Below, one piece after another: positions 36,231 to 49,206 of a stretch of DNA of 51,619 nt. Origin of the DNA: Kofleriaceae bacterium (GTDB taxonomy: Bacteria > Myxococcota_A > Polyangia > Haliangiales > Haliangiaceae); assembly GCA_046597055.1 (NCBI GenBank), contig JBKJLC010000249.1, positions 1 to 51,619 of the forward strand. The letters are read 5' to 3'. Each line of letters starts with the position of its first letter. Position 1 is the first letter of the stretch. A program made the translations under genes and the position numbers. The notes under the pieces were generated by a model. The model did not search any database and was not told the origin of the DNA. It saw only the letters and a list, made by a program, of their open reading frames with translations.

Positions 36231-37199
36231 GTGCTCGCCACGCTGCTCGTACTGTTCGCCCTCGCGTCCGACGCCGACGGTGCCCGCATCCATGACCACC
36301 TGCTCGGCGCCGAGACCGAGCTGCGCGCCGCCGACGTGTCGGCGCTGGCGCCGGCGCAGCGCGCCCGGCGCGCGGCGCTGGTCGCCGAGCTCGCGCGCTA
36401 TCGCCAGACCGGCCGGTTCCCGCGCAACCTCGACTTCGCCGAGCGCACGCCGTACTTCGTCGACGACCGCGGCGTGCGGTGCGCGATGGCGCACCTGATC
36501 GAGGTCACCGGCGGCGGCGCGCTGGTCGCGCGGGTCGCGGCGACCGCCAACAACGCATACATCGCAGAGCTGGCCGGCGATCCCGACCTGATCGCGTGGC
36601 TCGCACGGCACGGGCTGTCGGCCGCCGAGGCCGCCCGGATCCAGCCGACCTACGAGCAGCCCGTTGGCTGGGTCTGCGGCGGCAACTACGGCTGCGAGTC
36701 TGGCCGCTGCGAGCCGGCGCCCGACCGGCCCGACGACATGCGCTACTGCACGACGGCGTGCGACCCCGCCAGCGCCACCGCGTGTCCGATCGGCATGCAG
36801 GATCGGGCGATGACCTGCCAGCCTGCCGGCAACGAATACCTGTGCCGGTACGCGGGCCAGACCCCGGGCACGCCGGGGTGGCCCTGTCAGGCCGACGGCC
36901 TCGGAAACCAGTGCGTCGGCGTGTGCGGCACCGACGCCGGCTACGAGTACCTGTGCGGCGGCGTGTGCGTCACCGACCCCGGCGCGCGCGACGGGGTCTG
37001 CGCCGAGACCTGCGTGACCAGCGAGACCTGCGACCTCGGGCTCGAGTGCCGCGCGGCGCCCAACGCGCCCACCGCGTGCGTGCCGCCGGTCGCCGATACC
37101 GGCTGCTCGACCAGCGGCGGCGGAACCGCGGCATCGCTCCTGCTCGTCGTTGCCGGCCTCCTGATCGCGCGCCGCCGCCGTCGAGCGATCAGGCACTGA
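36231..37199 (+). CDS. MYXO-CTERM-sorted surface protein with Cys-rich region
   Basis: Signal MLATLLVLFALA; Cys-rich repeats; tail GCSTSGGGTAASLLLVVAGLLIARRRRR. Confidence 0.88.
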   Translation: MLATLLVLFALASDADGARIHDHLLGAETELRAADVSALAPAQRARRAALVAELARYRQTGRFPRNLDFAERTPYFVDDRGVRCAMAHLIEVTGGGALVARVAATANNAYIAELAGDPDLIAWLARHGLSAAEAARIQPTYEQPVGWVCGGNYGCESGRCEPAPDRPDDMRYCTTACDPASATACPIGMQDRAMTCQPAGNEYLCRYAGQTPGTPGWPCQADGLGNQCVGVCGTDAGYEYLCGGVCVTDPGARDGVCAETCVTSETCDLGLECRAAPNAPTACVPPVADTGCSTSGGGTAASLLLVVAGLLIARRRRRAIRH

Positions 37200-37249
37200 G
37201 CCCAGGGGCTCCGCCGCCGCCGCTCCTGATTGCGGTGGTCGCGCTCGAT

Positions 37250-37389
37250 GGCTATCGGCAGCTTCGGCAACCGTCGACGCCGACATTCCTATCTCGGCTA
37301 CTTGACGCCGAGCGAGTACGAGCAGAGATACGAAGAGCAGCCGGCGCCGGCAGCGTGCTCAGCCTGTCCACCGGAGCGGGACAATTCCG
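37250..37389 (+). mobile_element. IS3-family remnant (transposase C-terminus plus right end)
   Basis: NRRRRHSYLGYLTPSEYEQ matches the IS3 OrfB C-terminal motif; followed by IRR-like CTGTCCACCGGAGCGGGACAATTCC. Confidence 0.75.
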
Positions 37390-37538
37390 AGACCTCCTCA
37401 TGCTGTCGCTCCGGAGCACGGCCGGCGTCAACTACTCACCATTAGTCGACGCATCCACCACTCGGAACGACTGCCTTCCAGCGGTGATCCAGCACGATCA
37501 AGACGATGCGGACTGACGCACGGTTGGCACGTCATAGG

Positions 37539-38931
37539 CACGTCGGGGCAAAGGCGGGAGCAGGGCCAACCATGCGCGGTTGATCGGGTGACTCCCGCAT
37601 TCGCGGTCTCTAACACGTCACAGGAGGGGGAGAGGACCATGAGTAGAAAGCAGCGCTTGACGTCCGCGTTGGCGGTCATGGTGGTTGCGGTCATTGGGGT
37701 GGTTGCATCGGCGGGCACGCCGAAGCCCACCCTCGAGCGACGGGCCGTCCTGCCCGTCAACACCTACGCTTCCGGCCCGCCGTCGGGGGCGTTCTATACA
37801 GGACCCGCGAACGGCATCACGTTCCCGACGCTGTCCCAGCCGGTCGCGGGCTTCTCGGCCGTCCTGGCCGGGCGCCGCCCCGGTGAGTACCTGGCGATGC
37901 CGGACAACGGGTTCGGTGGCAAGGCGAACTCGCGAGACTTCTTGATCCGTGCCTATTACATCGAGCCCGATTTCAAGACGGCCGCGGGCGGCACCGGCGA
38001 GATCTCCGTCGGCGACTTCATCTCGTTCCGCGACCCCGATGCCAGGATTGGATTCCCGATCGTCAACGAGGGCATCCCCGAGCGCCTCCTGACCGGCGGC
38101 GACATCGACCCCGAGTCGATGCAGCGCGGCCCGAACGGCGACCTCTGGGTGGGCGACGAGTTCGGCCCGTGGATTCTCCACTTCGACCAGGCGGGCGTGC
38201 TGCTCGACCCGCCGTACCGGGTACCCGGTGCGCTGCTGGCTGCGCCGATCGCCGGCACGCTGCAATCGCCCAACAACCCGTTCATCGGTGGCGACCCAGC
38301 CAGCCAGCCCAACAGCCGGGGCTTCGAGGCCATGGCCATCTCGCCCAGCGGCAGGTACCTGTACGCCGTGCTGGAGGGCGCGACCGTGGCCGACCCCGAC
38401 ACGTCCCGCCGCAACGTTCTCGAGTTCAGCGTCGCCGGCCGGGCGTTCACCGGCCGTACCTGGTGGTACCGCACCGAGCAACCTGGCCACTTCGTCGCCG
38501 ACCTGGGGGCGCTCGACGAGCACCGCATGGTCGTGATCGAGCGCGACGGCGGCAGCGGCCTGAACGCGCGCTTCCGCAACGTCTTCGTGGTCGACCTCCG
38601 GCAGGAGGACGGCGATGGAAGCCTCGTCAAGGGTCTCGCCGTCGACCTCGCCGCCATCCCCGATCCGGATTACGTCTCGCTACCGCCAATCCATACGGGC
38701 GACGTCGGCCTGGGCGACCCGTTCCGGGTGACGTGCGAGTCCATCGAGGCGATCCACGTGATCGACGGCGAGCGCGTGCTGCTCGGCTGCGACAACAACT
38801 TCCCGAACCGGGGCCGAAATCCGGGGCTGGCCGACGACAACGAGCTGATCATCGTCAAGGTGCCCGGCCTGAAGTCGGTGCACTGACGGAACCTGTGCGG
38901 TGCCCCCTGGGCCTGGACACACGTCGGGGCA
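37539..38931 (+). repeat. 12-bp direct repeat CACGTCGGGGCA flanking the esterase gene
   Basis: Copies at 37539-37550 and 38920-38931. Confidence 0.55.
37639..38886 (+). CDS. Secreted phytase-like esterase family (beta-propeller) protein
   Basis: Signal peptide; PDNGFGGKANSRDF, DPESM, GDEFGP, SRGFEAMA, DNNFP. Confidence 0.88.
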   Translation: MSRKQRLTSALAVMVVAVIGVVASAGTPKPTLERRAVLPVNTYASGPPSGAFYTGPANGITFPTLSQPVAGFSAVLAGRRPGEYLAMPDNGFGGKANSRDFLIRAYYIEPDFKTAAGGTGEISVGDFISFRDPDARIGFPIVNEGIPERLLTGGDIDPESMQRGPNGDLWVGDEFGPWILHFDQAGVLLDPPYRVPGALLAAPIAGTLQSPNNPFIGGDPASQPNSRGFEAMAISPSGRYLYAVLEGATVADPDTSRRNVLEFSVAGRAFTGRTWWYRTEQPGHFVADLGALDEHRMVVIERDGGSGLNARFRNVFVVDLRQEDGDGSLVKGLAVDLAAIPDPDYVSLPPIHTGDVGLGDPFRVTCESIEAIHVIDGERVLLGCDNNFPNRGRNPGLADDNELIIVKVPGLKSVH

Positions 38932-38950
38932 CAGTCGACACTGTGCCCCG
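38925..38950. terminator. 11-bp perfect hairpin between convergent esterase gene and tRNA
   Basis: CGGGGCACAGT-CGAC-ACTGTGCCCCG; no clear U tract. Confidence 0.5.
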
Positions 38951-38966
38951 GGATTCCTGAATGATC

Positions 38967-39041
<75 letters not shown>

Positions 39042-39205
39042 AAGGTCCGAGGTGATTACCTGAGGAACTAGCCCGGTGCAAGAGGGTCCGCGTGCGGGTT
39101 TCCGTCGCGGGGCAGCGGCGGTCCGTGCCGCGATGAGCCCGGGCCCGCCGAACCGGCCAGCGTCCCGGTGCGCCTCCGGGTGGGCATGTCATCATCGGCG
39201 TCGCC

Positions 39206-39955
39206 ATGCGGCCGCAGAAGCAGTTGAAGGTCAACCTGGAGGATCTCGTCGTCGAGATGACCTCCGGCGACGCGTTCGACGGCCAGCCCGTGTACCTCGA
39301 TACCGTCACCGGCGAGATCGTCTACGTGCCCCAGGAGGAGGCCGAGACCTTCGAGCCCGAGGAGCACCACGCGCCGATCCTGCGGGTCGAAGGCCGCGAC
39401 CAGTACCAGGTCATGACCCGGTTCACCGCCCTCGAGACCGATCCCGAGACCGCCGCGCTCCTGCGGTTCGCGCTGCACGGCAAGGGCGCGTTCCGGCGCT
39501 TCCGCGACGCGGTGCGCACCGACCGCGAGCTGGAGAAGCGCTGGTACGCGTACGAGGCCGAGGCTGGCCGCGCGCGCGCGGTCGAGTGGCTCAACAGCAT
39601 CGGCATCGATCCGCTCGACACCACGCCGCCGCGCATCCCCACGCCGGTGTCGGTCCCGGTCCCGCCCGCGATCACGCTGGTCGATCTGCTGGTGCTGGGC
39701 GCGCCCGGCGGCAAGCCCGAGCTGATCGGGGACCAGGTCGAGCGGGTGTTCGTCGCCCGCTCCGCCGACGACGCGCGCCGCACGTTTCGCGCGCTGGCCC
39801 GCGAGATCGCGCAGCTGTGCGACGTGCCCTGGCGGCGCGCGATGATCGAAGGCAAGTCGATGTTCGAGCTCGAGCGGTTCCACCTGCGGCTCGACGAGAC
39901 TCGCATCGAGCTGGCGATCGCCACGCCGATGGAGACCTGGCGCAAGTTCAGCTGA
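39206..39955 (+). CDS. UPF0158 family protein with C-terminal extension
   Basis: YLDTVTGEIVY, YQVMTRF, ALHGKGAFRRFRDAV, EWL. Confidence 0.82.
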   Translation: MRPQKQLKVNLEDLVVEMTSGDAFDGQPVYLDTVTGEIVYVPQEEAETFEPEEHHAPILRVEGRDQYQVMTRFTALETDPETAALLRFALHGKGAFRRFRDAVRTDRELEKRWYAYEAEAGRARAVEWLNSIGIDPLDTTPPRIPTPVSVPVPPAITLVDLLVLGAPGGKPELIGDQVERVFVARSADDARRTFRALAREIAQLCDVPWRRAMIEGKSMFELERFHLRLDETRIELAIATPMETWRKFS

Positions 39956-39975
39956 GCGACGCGACGCGGGCCGGG

Positions 39976-40623
39976 TCAGAGCAGGGCGGCCGCGGCCGCG
40001 GCGGGGTCGGCGGCCCTCCACACGAAGCGGATGACGGCGACCGCGTCGGCGCCGGCGGCGCGGGCGGCCGCGGCGCGGTCCGGCCCATCGATGCCACCGA
40101 CCGCGACCAGCCGCGCGCGATCACCGATCAGGCCGCGCGCCTCGGTCAGCGCGGCCGCTCCCAGCGGCTCGCCGAGGCCGGCCTTGCTCGGCGTGGCCCA
40201 GATCGGGCCGAAGTGGACGAGGTCAACGCCCGCGAGGGCTGCCTGGGCCGCGCGCGCGGCCGTGTGGCGCGAGCCGCCGATGATCAGCCCGGTGGCCGCG
40301 ATCGCTCGCTCGGCCGCGGCGAAGTCGAGGCCGTCCTCCGGCAGGTGCACGCCGGCGGCGCCGGCCGCGAGCGCGACGTCGACCCGGTCGTTCACCACGA
40401 CCCGCTGGTGGGGCGTGGCCGCGATCGCGGCGCGGACCAGCGCGACCAGGTCGCGACCGCCGAGATCCTTCTCGCGCACCTGCACCAGCGCGACGCCCGG
40501 CGGTAGCCCGGCGACCGCGCGCGCGATCGCCGACGCGAAGGCCGCCGGGTCGCCGTCGGGCGCGCCCATCAGGCGACGGTCGGTGACCAGCACCAGCCGC
40601 ACGCCGCGTGCCGCCCCGGCCAT
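39976..40623 (-). CDS. thiE: Thiamine-phosphate synthase
   Basis: VQVREKD, VNDRVDVA, GVHL, FGPIWATPSK, VAVGGI. Confidence 0.9.
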   Translation of the reverse strand: MAGAARGVRLVLVTDRRLMGAPDGDPAAFASAIARAVAGLPPGVALVQVREKDLGGRDLVALVRAAIAATPHQRVVVNDRVDVALAAGAAGVHLPEDGLDFAAAERAIAATGLIIGGSRHTAARAAQAALAGVDLVHFGPIWATPSKAGLGEPLGAAALTEARGLIGDRARLVAVGGIDGPDRAAAARAAGADAVAVIRFVWRAADPAAAAAALL

Positions 40624-40625
40624 CG

Positions 40626-41402
<777 letters not shown>

Positions 41403-41436
41403 GACCGGTGCGTACCACGTCCTGCCATTGACGAAG

Positions 41437-41640
41437 TCAGCCGCCACCGACGAACGTCACCAGCTCGAGCCGGTCGCCGGCGGCCAGCACCACGTCGCCG
41501 TGCTGGGCCCGCGGCACGACCTCGCGATTGCGCTCGACCGCCACGCGCTTGCCACCCAGGCCCATCGCCTCGAGCAAGCCGAGCACGGTGACGCCTTCGG
41601 CGATCGCTCGCACCTCTCCGTTCACGACGATCTCGATCAC
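41437..41640 (-). CDS. thiS: Sulfur carrier protein
   Basis: 67 aa, IVVNGE...VAVERN...VTFVGGG C-terminus. Confidence 0.95.
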   Translation of the reverse strand: MIEIVVNGEVRAIAEGVTVLGLLEAMGLGGKRVAVERNREVVPRAQHGDVVLAAGDRLELVTFVGGG

Positions 41641-41981
41641 CGGCGGACCCTAGCACCGCAGCCGTGCGGGCTCGCGTCGCACTCGTCCCGACACGGCCCC
41701 TCACCGCGCTTCCGACGAAGACGTGATGAAAAACCGACGCACATGTCGCTGCGCAGCCACACCTCCGTCGGAGCGCGGTCGGTGACGCATCGCAGGAAAC
41801 GTGATCACCACGACAGCTGCGCCCCACTCATCCACAGGAATGTGAAGCGCTGGTCACGCTGCCCCCATCCCCCGCCTTGACAACCCCCCGGAACCGCGTG
41901 GAGAACGCCTGGTTCGCGGCGCGGCACCACCCTTGCTTCACTCCCGTCCATAGCCTGCTGACTTCACCAGGAGTTTTCAAC

Positions 41982-42758
<777 letters not shown>

Positions 42759-42903
42759 CCAGACCCGGGGGCGCGGGAGTCAGCCGATCCCGCCCGATGC
42801 GGAAACCCCCGCGAATCCAGGTCGTTAGCTTGACAGGCCGGCCGTGCCGGGTCAGAAATCGGGCGTGAGCCCACCTGGCCACCCCGTGGCGGAGGTTGCG
42901 TCC

Positions 42904-44037
42904 GTGGGGTCCATCCGCCCGACAGTGGTCGAGATCGATCTCGGCGCCGTGGTCGACAACGCTCGCGCGCTGGCCGCGCTGGCCGGCACCACGGTGTTCG
43001 CAGTCGTGAAGGCCGACGCTTATGGTCACGGTGCCACTGCGGTCGCGCGCGCGCTCGAGAGCGCGGGCGTGGTCGGCGGCTTCGCGGTCAGCCTGGTCGA
43101 GGAGGGCGTCGAGCTGCGCGACGCCGGTGTGCGCGCGCCGGTGCTGGTGATGGGCCCGTCGCAGCGCGGCGGTCACGCCGAGATGATCGGACGCGGGCTC
43201 ACCCCGGTGGTGTCCGATGTCGGCGATCTCGCCGCGCTCGCCGCCGCCGCCGGCGGCAAGCCGACCCGCACCCACCTCAAGGTCGACACCGGCATGAGCC
43301 GCCTCGGCGTGCCGGTCGCCGCCGCGGCCGCGGTGGCCCGCGACGCGCGCACCCATGGCATCGAGGTGGTCGGCCTGATGACCCACCTCGCCGACGCCGA
43401 CATCGACGATCCCGGCGAGCCCGACTGCGCGACCTGGCGCCAGCTCGATCGGTTCGGGCAGGCGGTGCTCGAGGTCCGCGCGGCCGGCGCGCCGGTGACG
43501 GTGCGCCACGCCGCCAACAGCTCGGGCACGATGCTGTTCCCGTCGGCGCGTCTCGACCTGATCCGGGTCGGGCTGGCGCTCTACGGCAATGGCGCGTGGC
43601 CGGCCGATGCCGGGCTGGCGGCGCCGCGGCGGCCGGTCATGCGGTTCGTCACCCGCATCGCCCAGCTCCGCGCGCTCGAGGTCGGCGCCCGGGTCGGCTA
43701 CGGCGGCCTGTGGACTGCGACCCGTCCCACCACGCTGGCGGTGCTACCGGTCGGCTATGCCGATGGGTTGCCGCGCCGGGTGACCGGGCACGGCGCGGTG
43801 ATCATCGAGGGTCGCCGCTGTCCGCTGGTCGGCGCGGTGTCGATGGACATCGCGATCGCCGACGTCACCGATCTGCCGGGGGTCGCGCTCGGTGACGAGG
43901 TCGTGCTCCTCGGTGCCGGCACCGGCCGATTCGGCACCGACGTGATCCGGGCCGCCGAGCTGGCAGCCTGGACCGGCCTCACCGAGTACGAGGTCACGTG
44001 CGGTGTGTCCAAACGCGTGCCAAGAGTGCCGCGATGA
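42904..44037 (+). CDS. alr: Alanine racemase
   Basis: AVVKADAYGHG, HLKVDTGMSRLG, HAANS, VGYADG, GAVSMD. Confidence 0.96.
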   Translation: MGSIRPTVVEIDLGAVVDNARALAALAGTTVFAVVKADAYGHGATAVARALESAGVVGGFAVSLVEEGVELRDAGVRAPVLVMGPSQRGGHAEMIGRGLTPVVSDVGDLAALAAAAGGKPTRTHLKVDTGMSRLGVPVAAAAAVARDARTHGIEVVGLMTHLADADIDDPGEPDCATWRQLDRFGQAVLEVRAAGAPVTVRHAANSSGTMLFPSARLDLIRVGLALYGNGAWPADAGLAAPRRPVMRFVTRIAQLRALEVGARVGYGGLWTATRPTTLAVLPVGYADGLPRRVTGHGAVIIEGRRCPLVGAVSMDIAIADVTDLPGVALGDEVVLLGAGTGRFGTDVIRAAELAAWTGLTEYEVTCGVSKRVPRVPR

Positions 44038-44960
44038 CCACGCCGCCCATCGAGCCTCCCGCGGGCGATCCGGCGCCCGCGGCGCTGGTCCCGGTGCCGC
44101 CGCCCGCGGCCCCGGCGCCGCCTGAAGCCCCGCGCTCGTCGGGTGGGGTTGGCCGGGCGGTCGGCGTCGGCGTCCGCGACGCGATCGCACCGCTGATCCG
44201 CATGCTCGACGTGATCGGCGACCATGTGATCCTGTGCGTGCGCGCGCTGTCGTGGCTGCCGCGCCGGCCGGTGCGGCCGGGCAACTACCTCGAGGCCTGC
44301 GAGTACATCGGCTTCGGAAGTCTGCCGGTCGTGCTGCTGGTCGGCGTCTTCACCGGCATGGTGATGTCGCTGCAGTCGGTGTACGCGTTCCGCCAGTTCC
44401 AGCTCGAGTCGTTCGCCGGTGGCACCACCGGCAAGGCGCTCGCGGTCGAGCTGGCGCCGGTGCTGACCGCGCTGATGGTGTCGGGGCGTTCGAGCGCCGG
44501 CATCGCGACCGAGCTGGGCACCATGCGCATCAGCGAGCAGATCGATGCGCTCGAGTCGATGGCCGTCAACCCGGTCCAGTTCCTGATCTTGCCGCGCCTG
44601 ATCGCCGGCATGTTGATGACACCCCTCCTGTGCCTGCTGTTCTTCGTGATCGGCATGGCCGGCGCCTACCTCGCCGCGGTGATCGTCGAGGGCGTCGACC
44701 ACGGCCAGTACCTGCTGCACACCCGCGACATCATCGAGATCACCGACGTGCTGCAGGGCATGATCAAGTCGATCGTGTTCGGCCTGCTGGTGATCCTGAT
44801 CGGCTGCTATCAGGGCTACAACGCGACCGGTGGTGGTCGCGGCGTCGGCCTCGGCACCACCCGCGCGGTCGTGCTCGGCTCGGTGGTGGTGCTGGTCAGC
44901 GACTACTTCCTGTCGAACGTCTTGCTCCAGCTGATGCCGCCAGCGGGAGGCGGCGGGTGA
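44034..44960 (+). CDS. mlaE: MlaE family lipid ABC transporter permease
   Basis: ELAPVLTALMVSGR, ELGTMRISEQIDALE, GVGLGTTRAVV. Confidence 0.94.
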   Translation: MTTPPIEPPAGDPAPAALVPVPPPAAPAPPEAPRSSGGVGRAVGVGVRDAIAPLIRMLDVIGDHVILCVRALSWLPRRPVRPGNYLEACEYIGFGSLPVVLLVGVFTGMVMSLQSVYAFRQFQLESFAGGTTGKALAVELAPVLTALMVSGRSSAGIATELGTMRISEQIDALESMAVNPVQFLILPRLIAGMLMTPLLCLLFFVIGMAGAYLAAVIVEGVDHGQYLLHTRDIIEITDVLQGMIKSIVFGLLVILIGCYQGYNATGGGRGVGLGTTRAVVLGSVVVLVSDYFLSNVLLQLMPPAGGGG

Positions 44961-45801
44961 GCAAGCCACCGCCGCTGGATCCCGACGGGACTCGCCTCGA
45001 TGAAGCCCACCCGCGCTGGCACGTGCGAATTCGCGGCCTGCAGAAGTCATTCGGCGAGAACAAGGTGCTCGACGGTATTGAGCTCGACATCGAGCGCGGC
45101 AAGGTGAACGTCATCATCGGCGCCTCGGGCGCCGGCAAGAGCGTGCTCATCAAGCACTTCATGTGCCTGCTGCGGCCCGATCGCGGCTCGGTGTGGGTCG
45201 ACGGCACCGACGTGTTCGCGCTGTCGAGCCAGGAGCTGTCGAAGTTCCGGCGCAAGTTCGGCCTGGTCTTCCAGTTCGCCGCGTTGTTCGACTCGCTCAC
45301 GGTCGAGGAGAACTGCGCGTTTCCTCTCAAGGAACACACCAAGCTCGGCCGCGCCGAGATCGCCGACGTGGTCAACGATCGACTGGCCGCGCTCGGGCTG
45401 GTCGGGACCCAGAAGAAGTTTCCGGGCGAGCTGTCGGGTGGTATGCGCAAGCGCGTCGGCCTGGCACGAGCCCTGGTGCTCTCGCCGGAGATCTTGATGT
45501 TCGACGAGCCGACCACGGGCCTCGACCCGCTCGCCACCCGCAACGTCGACGAGATGATCCTCGAGGCAGCCGAGCGGTATAAAGTAACGTCGGTGGTGAT
45601 CTCGCACGACATGGCGTCGGTGTTCCGGATCGCCGACCGCATCGCGATGCTCCACCAGAAGAAGATGCTCGCGGCCGGCACGGTCGACGAGATCAAGGCG
45701 TCCACGTTGCCGTACCTGCACGAGTTCATCCGCACCTCCGGCGTCGCCGCGGTCAGCGATCAGGACCTCGGCGCGCCGATCGCGCGCGCGGGGGGCACGC
45801 C

Positions 45802-45805
<4 letters not shown>
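44957..45805 (+). CDS. mlaF: MlaF family ABC ATPase
   Basis: GASGAGKS, LSGGMRKRVGLARAL, FDEPTTGLDP; GTGA overlap with mlaE stop. Confidence 0.94.
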
Positions 45806-47382
<1,577 letters not shown>

Positions 47383-47426
47383 GCGACGCGCGCCGGACCG
47401 GCGCGCCAGGCCCGGCCGGGCGGTCG

Positions 47427-49061
47427 TCAGATCGGGTAGAGGTGCGCGCAGATCGACGCGTCGGCCGGCTGGCCGGGCTCGACCGTCATCGGGCCATCGC
47501 CGCCGTAGGTCCGGCGCTGGTCGACCGACAGCGCGCGGCCGGCGGCGATCGCGCCGAGCACGGTCGCGCCCTCGGTCGGGGTCCGCGCGTAGGTGGTGTA
47601 GTCGACCTTGTAGAGGCCGAAGCGTGGCCCGAAGCCCTCCTGCCACTCGAAGTTGTCGAACAGGCTCCAGTGGTAGTAACCGCGCACGTCGACGCCGGCG
47701 GTGCGGGCGAGCTCGACCTGCTCGAGCGTGCGCACGACGTTCTCGGCGCGCCGCTTGCCGTCCTCGGTCGCGATCCCGGCCTCGGTGATCACCATCGGCA
47801 GGCCCGGGAACCGCGCGGCCAGGTCGGTGAGGATGGCGTGGAGGCCGGGCGCATGGAACTCGTAGCCCATGATCGGTACGCAGGTGGTCGGGTCGATTGC
47901 CGGCACGCACGAGCCGAGATCGAACCCGCCGAAGCAGGGCGTCAGGTTCAGCACCGGCAGGAGCTGCGAGCGTCCGGTGACCCCGGCGCGGAAGTAGTAC
48001 TGCACGCCGAGCCAGTCGAGCTTGCCGAGCCACTCGGGGTGGGCCTCGTCACCGGTGCCGTCGAGCTGCGGGTCGAAGGTGCCGGCCTGGAACGCGTCGA
48101 CCGCGAGGTGGTGATAGAGGTACCTGATGCGGTCGCGGGCGGCGAGGTCGCGCGGGTCGGTCGACACCCGGTTCTCGCCGGCCGCGACCCAGTCGATCAC
48201 CGACAGGGTGAACCCGACCGCCGCCGCCACGCCGTCAGCGTCGGCATCGACGGTGTCGCTGGCCTTGATCGCGTCGTACATCGCGGCGTGGGCAGCCAGG
48301 TAGTCACGCACGACCGGCACGAACTCGGCCAGCAGGTTGCCGAAGGTGACCTTGCCGGGCGGGAAGCTGCCGATGCCGTAGGACGCGACCAGGTAGTTGA
48401 CTGGCTCATTGAGGGTCGCCCACTCGTCGACGCGGTCGCCGTAGCGGCGGGCCAGCTCGCCGGCGAGCTCGGCCATCTCGCCGACGATCTGGGCGCCGCC
48501 GGCGGAGCCGAGGCCGCACAGGTTCCGATCGGTCGGCTGCCCGTCGGTCGACGCGCAGGCCGCGTCGCGCGGATCGGCGACCCACAGCGGGTTGGAGAAG
48601 TGATGGATCGTGAGCATCGGCCGGATGCCCTGGGCCCGCAGCGCGTCGAGCACCCGCCCGTAGTGCTCGAAGGCGCTCTCGTCCCACACGTCGCGGGTCG
48701 GCTCGAGCCGCGCCCACTCGACGCTGAACCGGTAGGCGTCGAGGTTGGCGTCGGCGACCAGCTGCACGTCGTCGAGCGCCTTGGTGAACCCGCGCGACGC
48801 CTCGCCGACGAACCCCTTGCCCTTGCCCATGCCGCCGTCGGCGGTCGGCCGCGACCACACGTACCAGTCGGTCAGCGGGTTCTGGTCCTCGATCTGGGTC
48901 GCCGCCGACGCGGCCCCGAAGCGCCAGCTGCCCTTGCCGGCGTCGCCGGTCAGCGGTCCGATCGCGCCGTAGCTGATCGCCGTCACCGGCGGGGTGGTGG
49001 CCTCGTCGCCACACGCGACGAGGCAGGCGAGGGCGGGTATACAGGCGCGGAGACGAAGCAT
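47427..49061 (-). CDS. GH1 family glycoside hydrolase lipoprotein
   Basis: FGAASAATQIE, YRFSVEWARLEP, TLNEP, ITEAG, WSLFDNFEW; lipobox LVAC. Confidence 0.93.
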   Translation of the reverse strand: MLRLRACIPALACLVACGDEATTPPVTAISYGAIGPLTGDAGKGSWRFGAASAATQIEDQNPLTDWYVWSRPTADGGMGKGKGFVGEASRGFTKALDDVQLVADANLDAYRFSVEWARLEPTRDVWDESAFEHYGRVLDALRAQGIRPMLTIHHFSNPLWVADPRDAACASTDGQPTDRNLCGLGSAGGAQIVGEMAELAGELARRYGDRVDEWATLNEPVNYLVASYGIGSFPPGKVTFGNLLAEFVPVVRDYLAAHAAMYDAIKASDTVDADADGVAAAVGFTLSVIDWVAAGENRVSTDPRDLAARDRIRYLYHHLAVDAFQAGTFDPQLDGTGDEAHPEWLGKLDWLGVQYYFRAGVTGRSQLLPVLNLTPCFGGFDLGSCVPAIDPTTCVPIMGYEFHAPGLHAILTDLAARFPGLPMVITEAGIATEDGKRRAENVVRTLEQVELARTAGVDVRGYYHWSLFDNFEWQEGFGPRFGLYKVDYTTYARTPTEGATVLGAIAAGRALSVDQRRTYGGDGPMTVEPGQPADASICAHLYPI

Positions 49062-49158
49062 GCGCGGCATCATGCCCGACGCATCAGCGCTTCCGGGATC
49101 GTGGCGCCAAAATGGGCTTGTATCGGCTAACTGACCGGTATCCCTCGCGGCATGACCC

Positions 49159-49186
49159 TTGACAGCGGGTCGCCGACCCATATACT
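49159..49186 (+). promoter_or_regulatory. sigma70 promoter of yceD-rpmF-plsX
   Basis: TTGACA-N16-TATACT, 20 nt before ATG 49207. Confidence 0.75.
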
Positions 49187-49206
49187 GCCCGCCTCCCGAG
49201 CAAGCC

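Noticed and set aside
41820..41860. CRP box (TGTGA...TCAC) and DnaA-like box (TCATCCACA) upstream of the Crp gene
   Set aside because: CRP half-site spacing is 8 rather than 6; a single mismatched DnaA box is uninformative
41641..41900. TPP riboswitch upstream of thiSGE
   Set aside because: No CTGAGA or CCTGA..GNTAAT core; thiS appears leaderless
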